A stretch of 64,000 bases of DNA from Kaistia sp. (lineage in GTDB: Bacteria > Pseudomonadota > Alphaproteobacteria > Rhizobiales > Kaistiaceae), in the NCBI GenBank assembly GCA_963966455.1, contig CAWZZK010000053.1, positions 629 to 64,628 on the forward strand, read 5' to 3'. Shown piece after piece: positions 21,269 to 31,524 of this stretch (within the stretch, counting starts at the first letter, position 1; each line of letters opens with the position of its first letter). The notes beneath the pieces are model-generated. The model was not told where the DNA came from and ran no database searches. It worked only from the letters and a program-made list of their open reading frames with translations. A program made the translations under genes and the position numbers.

Positions 21269-22750
21269 TCAGGCGTCGGGTGCAAGGTGGCGGCGGATCA
21301 GCGTCGCCACCGTCGCGACCAGCGCGATGCCGAACATCAGGCCGAAGCTCGATTCGACGGCCCCCAGCATCGGATGGCCGTAAAAGAAGAGGCTCGTTTC
21401 CGTCTCGCTGCTGATGCGTGCCGTCTGAAAGCGGAGCATGGATGCGGCGCTGGCGACGCCGAGGCTGACGCCAAGCATGCGCGCGAGGTTGAGCATCGCG
21501 CCTGCCTCGCCGGAAAGCCCCTTGGGCGCCGTGCCCATGGTGGCGCTGTTGTTGGGCGCCATGAAGAAGCCGAGCCCGGCGCCGAACACGGCGAGCGCCG
21601 TCATGCCGATGGCGCGCGAGGGAATTGGCTCCAGCGCGACCAGCGACAGCGTGAGCAGGGCCGTGGTCGCGAGCGCCATGCCGAACAGGCTGAGCGTCGC
21701 CGTCGCGTAACGCTTCACAAGCATGCCGGCGATCGGCGCCGCGATGCCGAGCGCGATCGGGATTGCAGAGAGGCGGAGGCCGGCCCGCATGGGCGGCTCG
21801 TGCAGGCCGCGGATCGCAGCGTAGGACATCAGGTAGAACATGCCGTAGAGCAGCGCGAAGCTCAGCATGACGGCGAAGACGCCGAGCGAGAATGGCCGCG
21901 AGCCGAAGAGCTTGAGGTCGATCATGGGCGCGCTTGCCACGCGTTCGCGCCAGATGAAGAGGGCGAGCAGCGCCACGCCGGCGGCGAGAAGCGAGAGCGA
22001 CGGGGCCGAAGCGATGCCCCAGTCGGCGGCATGGTTGAGGACGACGACGAGCGCCACGATCGCCGGCCCGAGCAGCACCATGCCGAGCCAATCGAAGCCT
22101 TTCTCGTCGGGCGAGACCGTATCGTCCGGCAGCACCAGCCAGCCGACGGCGACGCCGATGATGCCGACCGGGACTGTCACCCAGAAGATCGCCGGCCAGC
22201 CGAAGGAGCCGAGAAGCACGCCGCCGATGATCGGCCCGAGGCTGACGCCGACGGCCTGCGCGGCGGAGAAATAGCCCATCGCGCGCGGGCGGCGCTCGTT
22301 GCCGGCGGCATGGACGAGAATGGCGATCGAATTGGCGCCGAGCAGCGCCGCGCCGACGCCCTGGATGACGCGGAAGGCGATGAGTTCGCCCAGCGACCCG
22401 GCCATGCCGCAAAGCGCCGAGGTGACAAGGAAGATCGCCATGCCGAGCAGATAGAGGCGCTTGCGGCCGAACATCTCGCAGAGCCGGCCGAAGGGCGGCA
22501 GCGCGGCGGCAAAGGCGACGACATAGGCGAGCGCGACCCAGCTGACCACCGTCTCGCGGGTATCGAAGCGGACCGCGAGATCCGGCAGGGCGAGCTGGAC
22601 GACGCTGGCGTCGAACTGGCCCATGAAAGAGCCGACGCAGGTCACCGCGACGACATACCGGGGATAGTTCGGCCGCGCGGCGATGCGGGCGCGCAGCGCC
22701 GCGATCGGATTTCTTCCGTCGGTCGCGCCAGACGGCCGCGTCTCGCTCAT
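21269..22750 (-). CDS. MFS transporter, DHA2 (EmrB/QacA) family, 14-TMS type
   Basis: I chose ATG 22750 inside ORF 21269..22888. FGRLCEMFGRKRLYLLG and many hydrophobic segments are present, for about 493 aa. Confidence 0.88.
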   Translation of the reverse strand: MSETRPSGATDGRNPIAALRARIAARPNYPRYVVAVTCVGSFMGQFDASVVQLALPDLAVRFDTRETVVSWVALAYVVAFAAALPPFGRLCEMFGRKRLYLLGMAIFLVTSALCGMAGSLGELIAFRVIQGVGAALLGANSIAILVHAAGNERRPRAMGYFSAAQAVGVSLGPIIGGVLLGSFGWPAIFWVTVPVGIIGVAVGWLVLPDDTVSPDEKGFDWLGMVLLGPAIVALVVVLNHAADWGIASAPSLSLLAAGVALLALFIWRERVASAPMIDLKLFGSRPFSLGVFAVMLSFALLYGMFYLMSYAAIRGLHEPPMRAGLRLSAIPIALGIAAPIAGMLVKRYATATLSLFGMALATTALLTLSLVALEPIPSRAIGMTALAVFGAGLGFFMAPNNSATMGTAPKGLSGEAGAMLNLARMLGVSLGVASAASMLRFQTARISSETETSLFFYGHPMLGAVESSFGLMFGIALVATVATLIRRHLAPDA

Positions 22751-22914
22751 GAGTGTCTTCCCCCGAAGGCGGCCTTTATCGCATGGCGCCGGCGTTTGTG
22801 CACCGGGAGGTCGGGGCGTGACGCGGGCCTCTTTCCGCGCCGCCGTCGCGGCGTATAAGGTCGGCCGGAAACGGGACCGATCGCGCAACGGCGATCATGA
22901 GGGAGGATCGAGGC

Positions 22915-24027
22915 ATGAAGACCCGCGCCGCCGTGGCCTGGGAGGCCAACAAGCCGCTCACCATCGAGACGATCGAGATCGAAGGGCCGCGGCCCGGCGA
23001 GGTGCTGGTCGAGATCATGGCGACGGGCGTCTGCCACACCGACGCCTACACCCTGTCCGGCCTCGATTCGGAAGGCAAGTTCCCGGCGATCCTAGGCCAT
23101 GAGGGCGCGGGGATCGTGCGCGAGGTCGGCGCCGGCGTGACCTCGGTGAAGGTCGGCGACCACGTCATCCCGCTCTACACGCCCGAGTGCCGCAACTGCA
23201 AGACGTGCCTGTCGCGGCGGTCCAATCTCTGCACCTCGATCCGCTCGACGCAGGGACAGGGCCTGATGCCCGATTCGACCTCGCGCTTCTCCTGCGACGG
23301 TGAGACGGTGTTCCACTATATGGGCACCTCGACCTTCTCGAACTTCACGGTGCTGCCCGAGATCGCGGTCGCCAAGGTCCGCGAGGACGCGCCGTTCGAC
23401 AAGATCTGCTATATCGGCTGCGGCGTGACCACCGGCATCGGAGCGGTGATCTACACGGCCAAGGTCTGGCCGGGCGCCAATGTCGTCGTCTTCGGGCTCG
23501 GCGGCATCGGCCTCAACGTGATCCAGGGCGCCCGCATGGTCGGCGCCGACAAGATCATCGGCGTCGATCTCAACCCGGCGAAGGCGGAGATGGCCCGAAA
23601 GTTCGGCATGACGCATTTCGTCAATCCGGACGAGGTCGGCCGCGACAAGGTCGTGCAGGCGATCGTCGATCTGACGGGCGGCGGCGCGGACTTCTCGTTC
23701 GAATGCATCGGCAATGTCCACACGATGCGGCAGGCGCTCGAATGCTGCCATCGCGGCTGGGGCGAATCGATCATCATCGGCGTCGCGCCCTCGGGCACCG
23801 AGATCTCGACCCGTCCGTTCCAGCTCGTCACCGGCCGCGTCTGGCGCGGCTCGGCCTTCGGTGGCGCGCGCGGCCGCACCGACGTTCCGAAGATCGTCGA
23901 CTGGTACATGGACGGGAAGATCAACATCGACGACCTGATCACCCACACCATGCCGCTGGGCGAGATCAACACCGCCTTCGACCTGATGCACGAGGGCAAG
24001 TCGATCCGGTCGGTCGTGCTCTTCTGA
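22915..24027 (+). CDS. adhC: S-(hydroxymethyl)glutathione dehydrogenase / class III alcohol dehydrogenase
   Basis: I chose ATG 22915. The product MKTRAAVAWEANKPLTIETIEIEGPRPGEVLVEIMATGVCHTDAYTLSG... ends in KSIRSVVLF. This is a class-III ADH signature. Confidence 0.95.
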   Translation: MKTRAAVAWEANKPLTIETIEIEGPRPGEVLVEIMATGVCHTDAYTLSGLDSEGKFPAILGHEGAGIVREVGAGVTSVKVGDHVIPLYTPECRNCKTCLSRRSNLCTSIRSTQGQGLMPDSTSRFSCDGETVFHYMGTSTFSNFTVLPEIAVAKVREDAPFDKICYIGCGVTTGIGAVIYTAKVWPGANVVVFGLGGIGLNVIQGARMVGADKIIGVDLNPAKAEMARKFGMTHFVNPDEVGRDKVVQAIVDLTGGGADFSFECIGNVHTMRQALECCHRGWGESIIIGVAPSGTEISTRPFQLVTGRVWRGSAFGGARGRTDVPKIVDWYMDGKINIDDLITHTMPLGEINTAFDLMHEGKSIRSVVLF

Positions 24028-24034
24028 CGGCAGC

Positions 24035-25156
24035 ATGGCGCTGCCGCTCCGCGCGATCGAGATCGAGAACTACCGCTCGATCCGCAAGCTCTACCTCCCC
24101 GTCGAGCGGCTGACCGTCCTTGTCGGTCGGAACGGGGTCGGCAAGTCCAATCTCTATCGCGCGCTGGAACTGCTGCAGCGCGCGGCGGCGGGCACGATCA
24201 CGCGGGCGCTGGTGGAGGAGGGCGGCATCGAATCCGCTTTCTGGGCCGGCAAGCGGCGCGACGGCGACCTGGCGCGGATCAGGCTCAGGGCGATCTTCGA
24301 TGAACTCGACTATGCGATCGAGATCGGCACGCCAGCACCGATCGACGAGGCGGCGCTGACCCCTGCCGAACCCATGGCGAAGGCCGAGGAACTGCGTTCG
24401 CTGCTCGGCCGCAAGCCAGTGACGCTGATGAAGCGCGGCGGGCCATCCGCCTGGCTCCGAGACGATGACGGCGCCCGCCAGAGCTACAGCGAGGCCCTGA
24501 TCCCGTCCGAGACGGCGCTCGCCTCATTCCGCGACCAGGGCCGCTTTCTCGAGCTGGAACTCGTCCGCCGGGCGTTAACTGATTGGCGCTTCTACCACGA
24601 TTTCCGCACCGATCGCGCCTCGGCGCTGCGGCGGCCGGCGCTCGCCATCACCACGCCGACGCTCGCTTCGGACGGATCGGATCTCGCCGCGGCGCTCGCG
24701 ACCGTGAAGATCATCCGCGGCGAGTCGCCGGCGATCGATGCGGCGATCGAGGACGCCTTTCCCGGCGCGCGGCTCTCCTTCGACTTCGGCCAGGGCCAGG
24801 TGGCGCTCGGCCTGCGCTTCGCCGACCTGCCGCGCACGCTGGCCGCGCATGAACTCTCGGACGGGACGCTCGCCTATCTCGCGCTCGTGGCGGCGCTGAC
24901 GAGCTATCGCCTGCCGGGCTTCATCGCCCTCAACGAGCCGGAATCGAGCCTCCATCCCGAGCTGATCCGCCCGCTGGCGCGGCTGATCGCCAACGCCGCG
25001 GAGCGCACGCAGGTCTGGGTGGTGACGCATTCCGAGCCGCTCGCGGCGGCGCTGGCGGAGGAGGGCGGCATCAGGCCGCGGACCGTCGTCAAGCAGGAGG
25101 GCGCGACCTGGATCAAGGGCCTGCGCCTCGTCGGCACGTTCGACGACGAGGATTGA
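24035..25156 (+). CDS. SMC/RecF/ABC-like AAA ATPase (AAA_21/COG4637-like), orphan
   Basis: 373-aa ORF with Walker A GRNGVGKSN, an ABC-signature-like LSDGTLAYLALVAAL, Walker B FIALNEPESSLHP and an H-loop VVTHS. It starts 7 nt after adhC. Confidence 0.85.
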   Translation: MALPLRAIEIENYRSIRKLYLPVERLTVLVGRNGVGKSNLYRALELLQRAAAGTITRALVEEGGIESAFWAGKRRDGDLARIRLRAIFDELDYAIEIGTPAPIDEAALTPAEPMAKAEELRSLLGRKPVTLMKRGGPSAWLRDDDGARQSYSEALIPSETALASFRDQGRFLELELVRRALTDWRFYHDFRTDRASALRRPALAITTPTLASDGSDLAAALATVKIIRGESPAIDAAIEDAFPGARLSFDFGQGQVALGLRFADLPRTLAAHELSDGTLAYLALVAALTSYRLPGFIALNEPESSLHPELIRPLARLIANAAERTQVWVVTHSEPLAAALAEEGGIRPRTVVKQEGATWIKGLRLVGTFDDED

Positions 25157-25159
25157 GCT

Positions 25160-25516
25160 TCAGATCGCGAAGGAGGTGCCGCAGCCGCAGGAGGAGGTCG
25201 CCAGCGGATTCCTGATCTGGAAGCTCTGGCCGATGAGGTCGTCGGCGAAATCGATGACCGAGCCTTCCATATAAGGGATCGAGACCTGGTCGATCAGCAC
25301 GGTCGCGCCGCCGCGCTCGATCACGAGGTCGTCGTCGTTGCGCGTCTTGTCGAGGTCGAAGCCGTACTGGAAGCCGGAACAGCCGCCGCCCGAGACGCTG
25401 ATGCGCAGCGCCGTACCCGCGCTCTCCTTCGAAAGGATGCGCGCGATGCGCTTCACCGCGCTGTCGGACAGGGTGATGCCGCTGGTGTCGGTCATGGTTT
25501 CGGTCGTCATGGTCAT
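25160..25516 (-). CDS. erpA: iron-sulfur cluster insertion protein (HesB/IscA family)
   Basis: This is the C-terminal 118 aa of ORF 25160..26782, from ATG 25516. It has ISVSGGGCSGFQY and the terminal SCGCGTSFAI, which are A-type carrier motifs. Confidence 0.93.
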   Translation of the reverse strand: MTMTTETMTDTSGITLSDSAVKRIARILSKESAGTALRISVSGGGCSGFQYGFDLDKTRNDDDLVIERGGATVLIDQVSIPYMEGSVIDFADDLIGQSFQIRNPLATSSCGCGTSFAI

Positions 25517-25606
25517 GTTCCATTGCCGGCCTATCACCGGCTGGCGGTTCACGATAGTTAGGAACGCGATTTTTCGTGTCAATCGCGTCCGGGCGCGGAG
25601 GATGGC

Positions 25607-26818
25607 GTGCAGGGCGAATTCGGCGGCCTGATCGGTTTCGGCTCGGCGGGACGGGCCGCCTATGCGGTCGATCCGGCGGCGAGCCGCGGGCGGCTGCACC
25701 ATGAGCCGGCGAGCCCGACGCGCACGCCCTTTCAGCGCGATCGCGATCGCATCATCCATTCGACGGCCTTCCGCCGCCTCAACAACAAGACGCAGGTCTT
25801 CCTCTATGACGAGGGAGACCATTACCGGACGCGCCTCACCCACACGATCGAGGTGGCGCAGATCGCGCGGGCGCTGGCGCGGGCGCTCAGGCTCGACGAG
25901 GACCTCGCCGAGGCGGTGGCGCTCTCCCATGATCTCGGCCACACGCCGTTCGGCCATGCCGGCGAGCGGGCGCTCGACCGCGTGATGGCGCCCTATGGCG
26001 GCTTCGACCACAACGCGCAGAGCCTTCGCGTCGTGACGCGGCTCGAGCGGCGTTATCCCGATTTCGACGGGCTCAATCTCTCCTGGGAGACGCTGGAGGG
26101 GCTCGTGAAGCATAACGGGCCGCTGATCGCGCCGGGCGGCGATCCGGCCTCGTTGCCGGCGGCGATCCGCGCCTATTCTGCCGAGCAGGACCTCGCGCTC
26201 TCGACCTTCGCCTCCGCCGAGGCGCAGGCGGCCGCCATCGCCGACGACATCGCCTATGACGCGCATGACATCGACGACGGGCTGCGCGCCGGCCTCCTCG
26301 ATGTGCGCGGGCTCGCCGAGGTGCCGTTCCTCGCCGGCATCATGGACGAGATCGAGCACCTCCATCCCGGCGTCGGCGGGCCGCGGCTCGTCAACGAGAT
26401 CGTCCGCCGCGTCATCACGCGCATGATCGAAGACGTGATCCAGCAGTCGCTGGCGACGATTGCCGCATGCGATCCGCGCTCGGCCGACGATGTCCGCCAT
26501 CTCGGCCGGCAGATGGTCGGCTTCTCGCCGTCGCTTGCGGAGGCCGACCGCGAAGTGAAGGCCTATCTCAAGCGCCATGTCTATCGCCACGAGCGGGTGA
26601 TGAGCGTCATGCGCGCCGCCGAACGGGTCGTGGAACGGCTGTTCGAGCGCTATTTCGAGGATCCCGGCTCCCTGCCGGCCGAGTGGCAGCCACGGGCCGA
26701 GGATGCCGAGCCGGCCCGGCGCGCCCGGCGCATCGCGGATTTCCTGGCAGGCATGACCGACCGCTATGCTCTGCGCGAACACAAGCGCCTGTTTGACGCT
26801 TGGCCCGATTTGGGATAG
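25607..26818 (+). CDS. dgt: deoxyguanosinetriphosphate triphosphohydrolase-like protein (HD domain)
   Basis: 403-aa ORF with a GTG start (the start is uncertain). It has [32 protein letters not shown] and [14 protein letters not shown]. Confidence 0.92.
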   Translation: MQGEFGGLIGFGSAGRAAYAVDPAASRGRLHHEPASPTRTPFQRDRDRIIHSTAFRRLNNKTQVFLYDEGDHYRTRLTHTIEVAQIARALARALRLDEDLAEAVALSHDLGHTPFGHAGERALDRVMAPYGGFDHNAQSLRVVTRLERRYPDFDGLNLSWETLEGLVKHNGPLIAPGGDPASLPAAIRAYSAEQDLALSTFASAEAQAAAIADDIAYDAHDIDDGLRAGLLDVRGLAEVPFLAGIMDEIEHLHPGVGGPRLVNEIVRRVITRMIEDVIQQSLATIAACDPRSADDVRHLGRQMVGFSPSLAEADREVKAYLKRHVYRHERVMSVMRAAERVVERLFERYFEDPGSLPAEWQPRAEDAEPARRARRIADFLAGMTDRYALREHKRLFDAWPDLG

Positions 26819-26862
26819 GCGCCACCATCCTTTTCGAGCGCCATCCGAAAGCGACCGCGATC

Positions 26863-28605
26863 ATGAACATTTTCCGCGACTTCACCGCGCGCGTCACCTC
26901 GGCCGTCGAGGTCGTCCTCGCCGCCGGCGGCCATGCGGGCACGGATCTTTCGCGCATCGTGGTCGAGCCGCCGCGCGACGCGGCCCATGGCGATCTCGCT
27001 ACCAATGCCGCGATGGTGCTCGCCAAGCCGCTCGGCATGAAGCCGCGCGACCTCGCCGAGGCCGTCGCCGGACGTCTTCGCGACGACGAGGATGTCGCGG
27101 GCGCCGAAGTGGCCGGGCCGGGCTTCATCAACATCACGCTCACGGCCGCCTATCGGGCCCGTGCGCTCAAGGCGCTGATCGAAGCGGGCGCCTCCTACGG
27201 CCGCTCGCCCATCGGCGCCGGGCGGCCGGTCAATGTCGAATATGTCTCGGCCAATCCGACCGGGCCGATGCATGTCGGCCATTGCCGCGGCGCGGTGGTC
27301 GGCGACGCGCTCGCCAATCTCCTCGGCGCGGCCGGCTTCGCCGTCACCAAGGAATACTACATCAACGATGCGGGCGGTCAGGTCGACGTGCTCGCGCGCT
27401 CGGCCTTCCTGCGTTACCGCGAAGCGCTCGGCGAGACGATCACGATCCCGGAGGGGCTCTATCCCGGCGACTATCTGAAGCCGGTCGGCGCGGCGCTCGC
27501 TGAACGCTTCGGTTCGGCGCTCCTGTCGCAAAGCGAAGGCGAATGGCTACCGGTCGTGCGCAAGACGGCCATCGACATGATGATGGCGATGATCCGCGAC
27601 GATCTCGCGCTGCTCAACGTCCATCACGACGTGTTCTTCTCCGAAGCGTCGCTCGGCAGCCGGATTCCCTCAACGATTGAGGACCTTACCGCGCGCGGTT
27701 TCGTCTATCGCGGCACGCTGCCGCCGCCGAAGGGCCAGCTTCCCGAGGATTGGGAGGACCGCGAGCAGCTTCTCTTCCGCGCCACCGATGTCGGCGACGA
27801 CATCGACCGGCCGCTCATGAAGTCGGACGGCAGCTACACCTATTTCGCCGGCGACGTCGCCTATATGAAGGACAAGGTCGACCGCGGCTTCGAGCGGCTG
27901 ATCTATGTGCTCGGTGCCGACCATGGCGGATATGTCAAGCGCCTGCAGGCGCTTGGCCGGGCTCTCTCAGGCGGCGCCGTCAGCGTCGAGGTGCTGCTCT
28001 GCCAGCTCGTGAAGCTGTTCCGCGCCGGCGAGCCGGTCCGCATGTCGAAGCGCTCGGGCGACTTCGTGACGCTGCGCGACGTCGTGGAGGAAGTGGGCCG
28101 CGACGCGGTGCGCTTCATGATGCTCTACCGCAAGAGCGACGCGCCGCTCGATTTCGATTTTCAGAAGGTAACGGAGCAGTCGAAGGACAATCCGGTCTTC
28201 TACGTGCAGTACGGCCATGCCCGCGCCGCCTCGATCCTGCGCAATGCGGCGGTCGAAATGCCGGGCATCAACCTTTCGGCGGAAAGCCTTGCCACGGCTG
28301 ACCTTTCGCTGCTCGAAGATATCGGCGAGCAGGGGCTGCAGCGCCGCCTCGCCGAGTATCCGCGCATCATTGAGGGCGCGGCGGAAGCGCATGAGCCGCA
28401 TCGCATCGCCTTCTATCTCTACGAGCTCGCGGCGGAGTTCCACCAGCAGTGGAACCGGGGCAAGGATATGCCGCAATTACGCTTTATTAACCCTGAGCAG
28501 CCAGCATCGACCTTGGCTCGGCTTGCCCTTGTTCACGCCATAAAGCTGGTGCTGTCATCCGGTCTCGATGTGCTCGGCGTGAGCGCGCCCGACGAGATGC
28601 GCTGA
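26863..28605 (+). CDS. argS: arginine--tRNA ligase
   Basis: I chose ATG 26863 inside ORF 26800..28605. It has a class-I HIGH-like [12 protein letters not shown], and the length and C-terminal anticodon-binding region fit ArgS. Confidence 0.96.
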   Translation: MNIFRDFTARVTSAVEVVLAAGGHAGTDLSRIVVEPPRDAAHGDLATNAAMVLAKPLGMKPRDLAEAVAGRLRDDEDVAGAEVAGPGFINITLTAAYRARALKALIEAGASYGRSPIGAGRPVNVEYVSANPTGPMHVGHCRGAVVGDALANLLGAAGFAVTKEYYINDAGGQVDVLARSAFLRYREALGETITIPEGLYPGDYLKPVGAALAERFGSALLSQSEGEWLPVVRKTAIDMMMAMIRDDLALLNVHHDVFFSEASLGSRIPSTIEDLTARGFVYRGTLPPPKGQLPEDWEDREQLLFRATDVGDDIDRPLMKSDGSYTYFAGDVAYMKDKVDRGFERLIYVLGADHGGYVKRLQALGRALSGGAVSVEVLLCQLVKLFRAGEPVRMSKRSGDFVTLRDVVEEVGRDAVRFMMLYRKSDAPLDFDFQKVTEQSKDNPVFYVQYGHARAASILRNAAVEMPGINLSAESLATADLSLLEDIGEQGLQRRLAEYPRIIEGAAEAHEPHRIAFYLYELAAEFHQQWNRGKDMPQLRFINPEQPASTLARLALVHAIKLVLSSGLDVLGVSAPDEMR

Positions 28606-28670
28606 CCGCTGCATCCGCGGGCATGATGATAGGCCCGTCTTCCTGATGGACGGGCGGAGAATGGAGCGCG

Positions 28671-30341
28671 ATGGCAGATCGCTTCGACAAGTCCCTGGCG
28701 CGCCGTCCCGCGGCAGACCCTCAGCCGCGCCGTGACGAGGCGACGCTCCCCGATGACGATCCGCTGGTCGAACTGGCCCGGATCGTGTCGGGCAATGAGA
28801 GTTTCGACCAGATCCTCGGCTCCCGCTACCGCACGCCGGCAGAAGCGCCGCGTGCGGCGGCGCAGCCGCGGACCCAGCAGCCGCGCGATTTCTCGTTCGA
28901 TCTTGAGGCCGAACTGCTGAACGACCTGCACTCCTCGTTCGATCCCTCGGCCCGGCAGGCCGAGCCGCCGGCGCGTCCGGCGGCGCCGGTGACGCCGCGC
29001 GCCGTCGAGCCGCCGCGTACCCAGCCGCAGCCGCGGGCGCAGGATGCCGACGTTGCTCCACCGATCCGCACGACGGCGCCGGTAGCGCCGCCGCGCGCCG
29101 TCGCACCCGTCGAGGCGGACGAGCCCTATGTGGCGGCGCCGGATTTCGGCCGCGGCCGTGTTCCGCCGGAGGTCGCGCGCCGTCCTGCCGCGCCCGTGCA
29201 GCCGGCTGTCGCGGCGGAACGGCGCGACGCTGCCGACGAGTTCGAGGAGGATTACCTCGACGACGACGGCTACGAACCCTATGACGACGATGACGCCGGC
29301 TATCTGGAGCAGGGCGCCTACGAGGACGAGAAGCCGCGCCGCTCGCGCAAGCTGCTGATCACCGCCGGCGTCGTGGGCGCGGTGCTGCTCGTCGGCGGTA
29401 TCGGCGCTTACGCGCTGATGGGCCGGAGCGGCAGTGTCACGAGCGGCACGCCGCAGATCATCGCCGCGGACGAGGGGCCAACCAAGGTCGAGCCCGAGGT
29501 GCAGCCGCAGGCGGCGCAGCAGGACACGCAGCAGAACAAGCTGATCTACGACCGCGCCGATCCCAACCAGGGCTCGCCCGACCAGCTCGCGCCGGCCGAT
29601 ACGAACATCGCCACCGATACCGCGCAGTCGAACGAGAGCGAGGCGAGCCGGGAGATCTCGCGCATCATCCTTCCGGGCGGTCCTGGCGACCAGTCGACCT
29701 CGCCGGCCGTCCCAGGGGCGGACGACGCCGCGACGGACGATTCCGGGCCGCGCAAGGTGCGCACCGTTGTCGTCAAGCCGGATGGCACCATCGTTTCCAG
29801 CGAGGCCGCGCCGCGCGGAGCGACCGACACGGCCCCGACCGCCACCGCGACGGTGCCCGACAATGCGCCACTGCCGCCGAGCGATGCGCCGCCCGCCATG
29901 GCCGCCAACGACATGGCGCCGGCCGGAACGGACGACACCACGTCCGTAGCATCGGCGCCCGCAGCTTCGGCGAAGGATACCTCGCAGCTGCAGCCGCCTG
30001 CCGCGCCGCAGCCGGCCGAACCCACGGTTGCTGCCGCGCCGACACTGGCTCCGGAGCCTCCGCCGGCCGCCGCGACGGCACCGCCGGTGACGGGCGGCTT
30101 CGTGGTGCAGGTCACCTCGCAGCGCAGCGAGCAGGCGGCGGTCGCCGCCTTCAAGAACCTGCAGAAGAAGTTCCCGAGCGTGCTCGGCGACCGGACGCCC
30201 GACATCGCGAAGGCCGATCTCGGCGCAAAGGGCGTCTATTTCCGTGCCCGCGTCGGACCGATGGCGACCCGCGACGAGGCCGTGAGCTTCTGCGAGCAGC
30301 TTCGGGCCGCGGGCGGCGACTGCATCGTTCAGAAGAACTGA
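28671..30341 (+). CDS. SPOR domain-containing protein (one TM segment, long Pro/Ala-rich region)
   Basis: 556-aa ORF with a TM segment LLITAGVVGAVLLVGGIGAYAL. The C-terminal FVVQVTSQRSEQAAVAAFKNLQKKF...VYFRARVGPMATRDEAVSFCEQLRAAGGDC is a SPOR fold motif. Confidence 0.88.
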   Translation: MADRFDKSLARRPAADPQPRRDEATLPDDDPLVELARIVSGNESFDQILGSRYRTPAEAPRAAAQPRTQQPRDFSFDLEAELLNDLHSSFDPSARQAEPPARPAAPVTPRAVEPPRTQPQPRAQDADVAPPIRTTAPVAPPRAVAPVEADEPYVAAPDFGRGRVPPEVARRPAAPVQPAVAAERRDAADEFEEDYLDDDGYEPYDDDDAGYLEQGAYEDEKPRRSRKLLITAGVVGAVLLVGGIGAYALMGRSGSVTSGTPQIIAADEGPTKVEPEVQPQAAQQDTQQNKLIYDRADPNQGSPDQLAPADTNIATDTAQSNESEASREISRIILPGGPGDQSTSPAVPGADDAATDDSGPRKVRTVVVKPDGTIVSSEAAPRGATDTAPTATATVPDNAPLPPSDAPPAMAANDMAPAGTDDTTSVASAPAASAKDTSQLQPPAAPQPAEPTVAAAPTLAPEPPPAAATAPPVTGGFVVQVTSQRSEQAAVAAFKNLQKKFPSVLGDRTPDIAKADLGAKGVYFRARVGPMATRDEAVSFCEQLRAAGGDCIVQKN

Positions 30342-30473
30342 CGACCGGCTTCCTGTGCGCCGTGTGGCGCACAGGGCGCGGCGGGGTTGCGCTTCGCCAC
30401 CGAAGCGGCAAACGCTGTTGGTCCGTCGGCGCGGCCGAATCAGAGCGCCGCCTGAACCCGGAGCGCGCGCAGC

Positions 30474-31520
30474 ATGACCTCTCCCAAGACGGCCAAGGCC
30501 TTCATTTCCGGCTGCGCCGGGACGGCGCTCACGGCGGACGAGACGGCGTTCTTCCGGGATGAGCGGCCCTGGGGACTGATCCTCTTCAAGCGCAATATCG
30601 GCACGGCCGAAGAGGTCTGCGATCTCGTCGCGAGCTTCCGCGAGGCGGTCGGCGATCCGGATCGTCCGGTCCTGATCGACCAGGAGGGCGGCCGCGTGCA
30701 GCGCATCGGGCCGCCGAACTGGCCGAGCCGCCCGGCGGCGCGCTATGCGGGCCGGCTCTACGCCGAGGACGAGGCGGCCGGCCGGCGGATGGCCTGGCTG
30801 CAGGCGCGGCTGATCGCGGCCGATCTCGCAGATCTCGGCATCACGGTCGACTGCCTGCCCGTGCTGGACCTTGCCACCACCGAGACGCATCAGGCGATCG
30901 GCGACCGCTCCTATGGTCACGACCCCGACATGGTGGCCGTGCTCGGCGCGGCGACCGCGGAAGGGCTGATGGCCGGCGGCGTGCTGCCGGTGATGAAGCA
31001 TATGCCCGGACATGGCCGGGCCGTGGTCGACAGCCACTACCAGCTGCCGGCCGTCTCGGCCTCTCTTGCCACGCTGATGAAGACGGATTTCGCGCCGTTC
31101 CGTGCGCTTGCGGCGCTGCCGATGGGCATGACGGCGCATATCGTCTTCGAAGCGATCGATCCCGGCCGCCCCGCGACGGTCTCGGAGGCTGTGATCGGCG
31201 GCGTGATCCGCGAGAAGATCGGCTTCGACGGTCTCCTCATGAGCGACGACCTGTCGATGAAGGCGCTGGGCGGCGAGCCGGGCGACCGGGCGCGCGCCGT
31301 GATCGGCGCCGGCTGCGACATCGTCCTCCATTGCAACGGGCTGATGGACGAGATGCGCGGCGTCGCCGCTGCCGTTCCGGAGCTTTCCGGCCGCTCCGCC
31401 GAGCGCGCCGCCGCGGCGCTTGCATCGCGTGTTCCGGCGCATGTTCTGGACCGCGAAGGGGCCGAAGCCGAGTTCGCGATCCTCGCCGAGCGGGCCGGCT
31501 GGCCCCCTTTGACGGCCTGA
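30474..31520 (+). CDS. nagZ: beta-N-acetylhexosaminidase
   Basis: 348-aa ORF with a GH3 NagZ-like IDQEGGRVQR and KHMPGHGR. Confidence 0.92.
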   Translation: MTSPKTAKAFISGCAGTALTADETAFFRDERPWGLILFKRNIGTAEEVCDLVASFREAVGDPDRPVLIDQEGGRVQRIGPPNWPSRPAARYAGRLYAEDEAAGRRMAWLQARLIAADLADLGITVDCLPVLDLATTETHQAIGDRSYGHDPDMVAVLGAATAEGLMAGGVLPVMKHMPGHGRAVVDSHYQLPAVSASLATLMKTDFAPFRALAALPMGMTAHIVFEAIDPGRPATVSEAVIGGVIREKIGFDGLLMSDDLSMKALGGEPGDRARAVIGAGCDIVLHCNGLMDEMRGVAAAVPELSGRSAERAAAALASRVPAHVLDREGAEAEFAILAERAGWPPLTA

Positions 31521-31524
31521 ACCC

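Noticed and set aside
30352-30375. Perfect 10-bp hairpin CCTGTGCGCC-GTGT-GGCGCACAGG after the SPOR gene, considered as an intrinsic terminator.
   Set aside because: No U-tract follows it, and nagZ lies downstream in the same orientation. It could be a processing or stability element, but I cannot support a terminator call.
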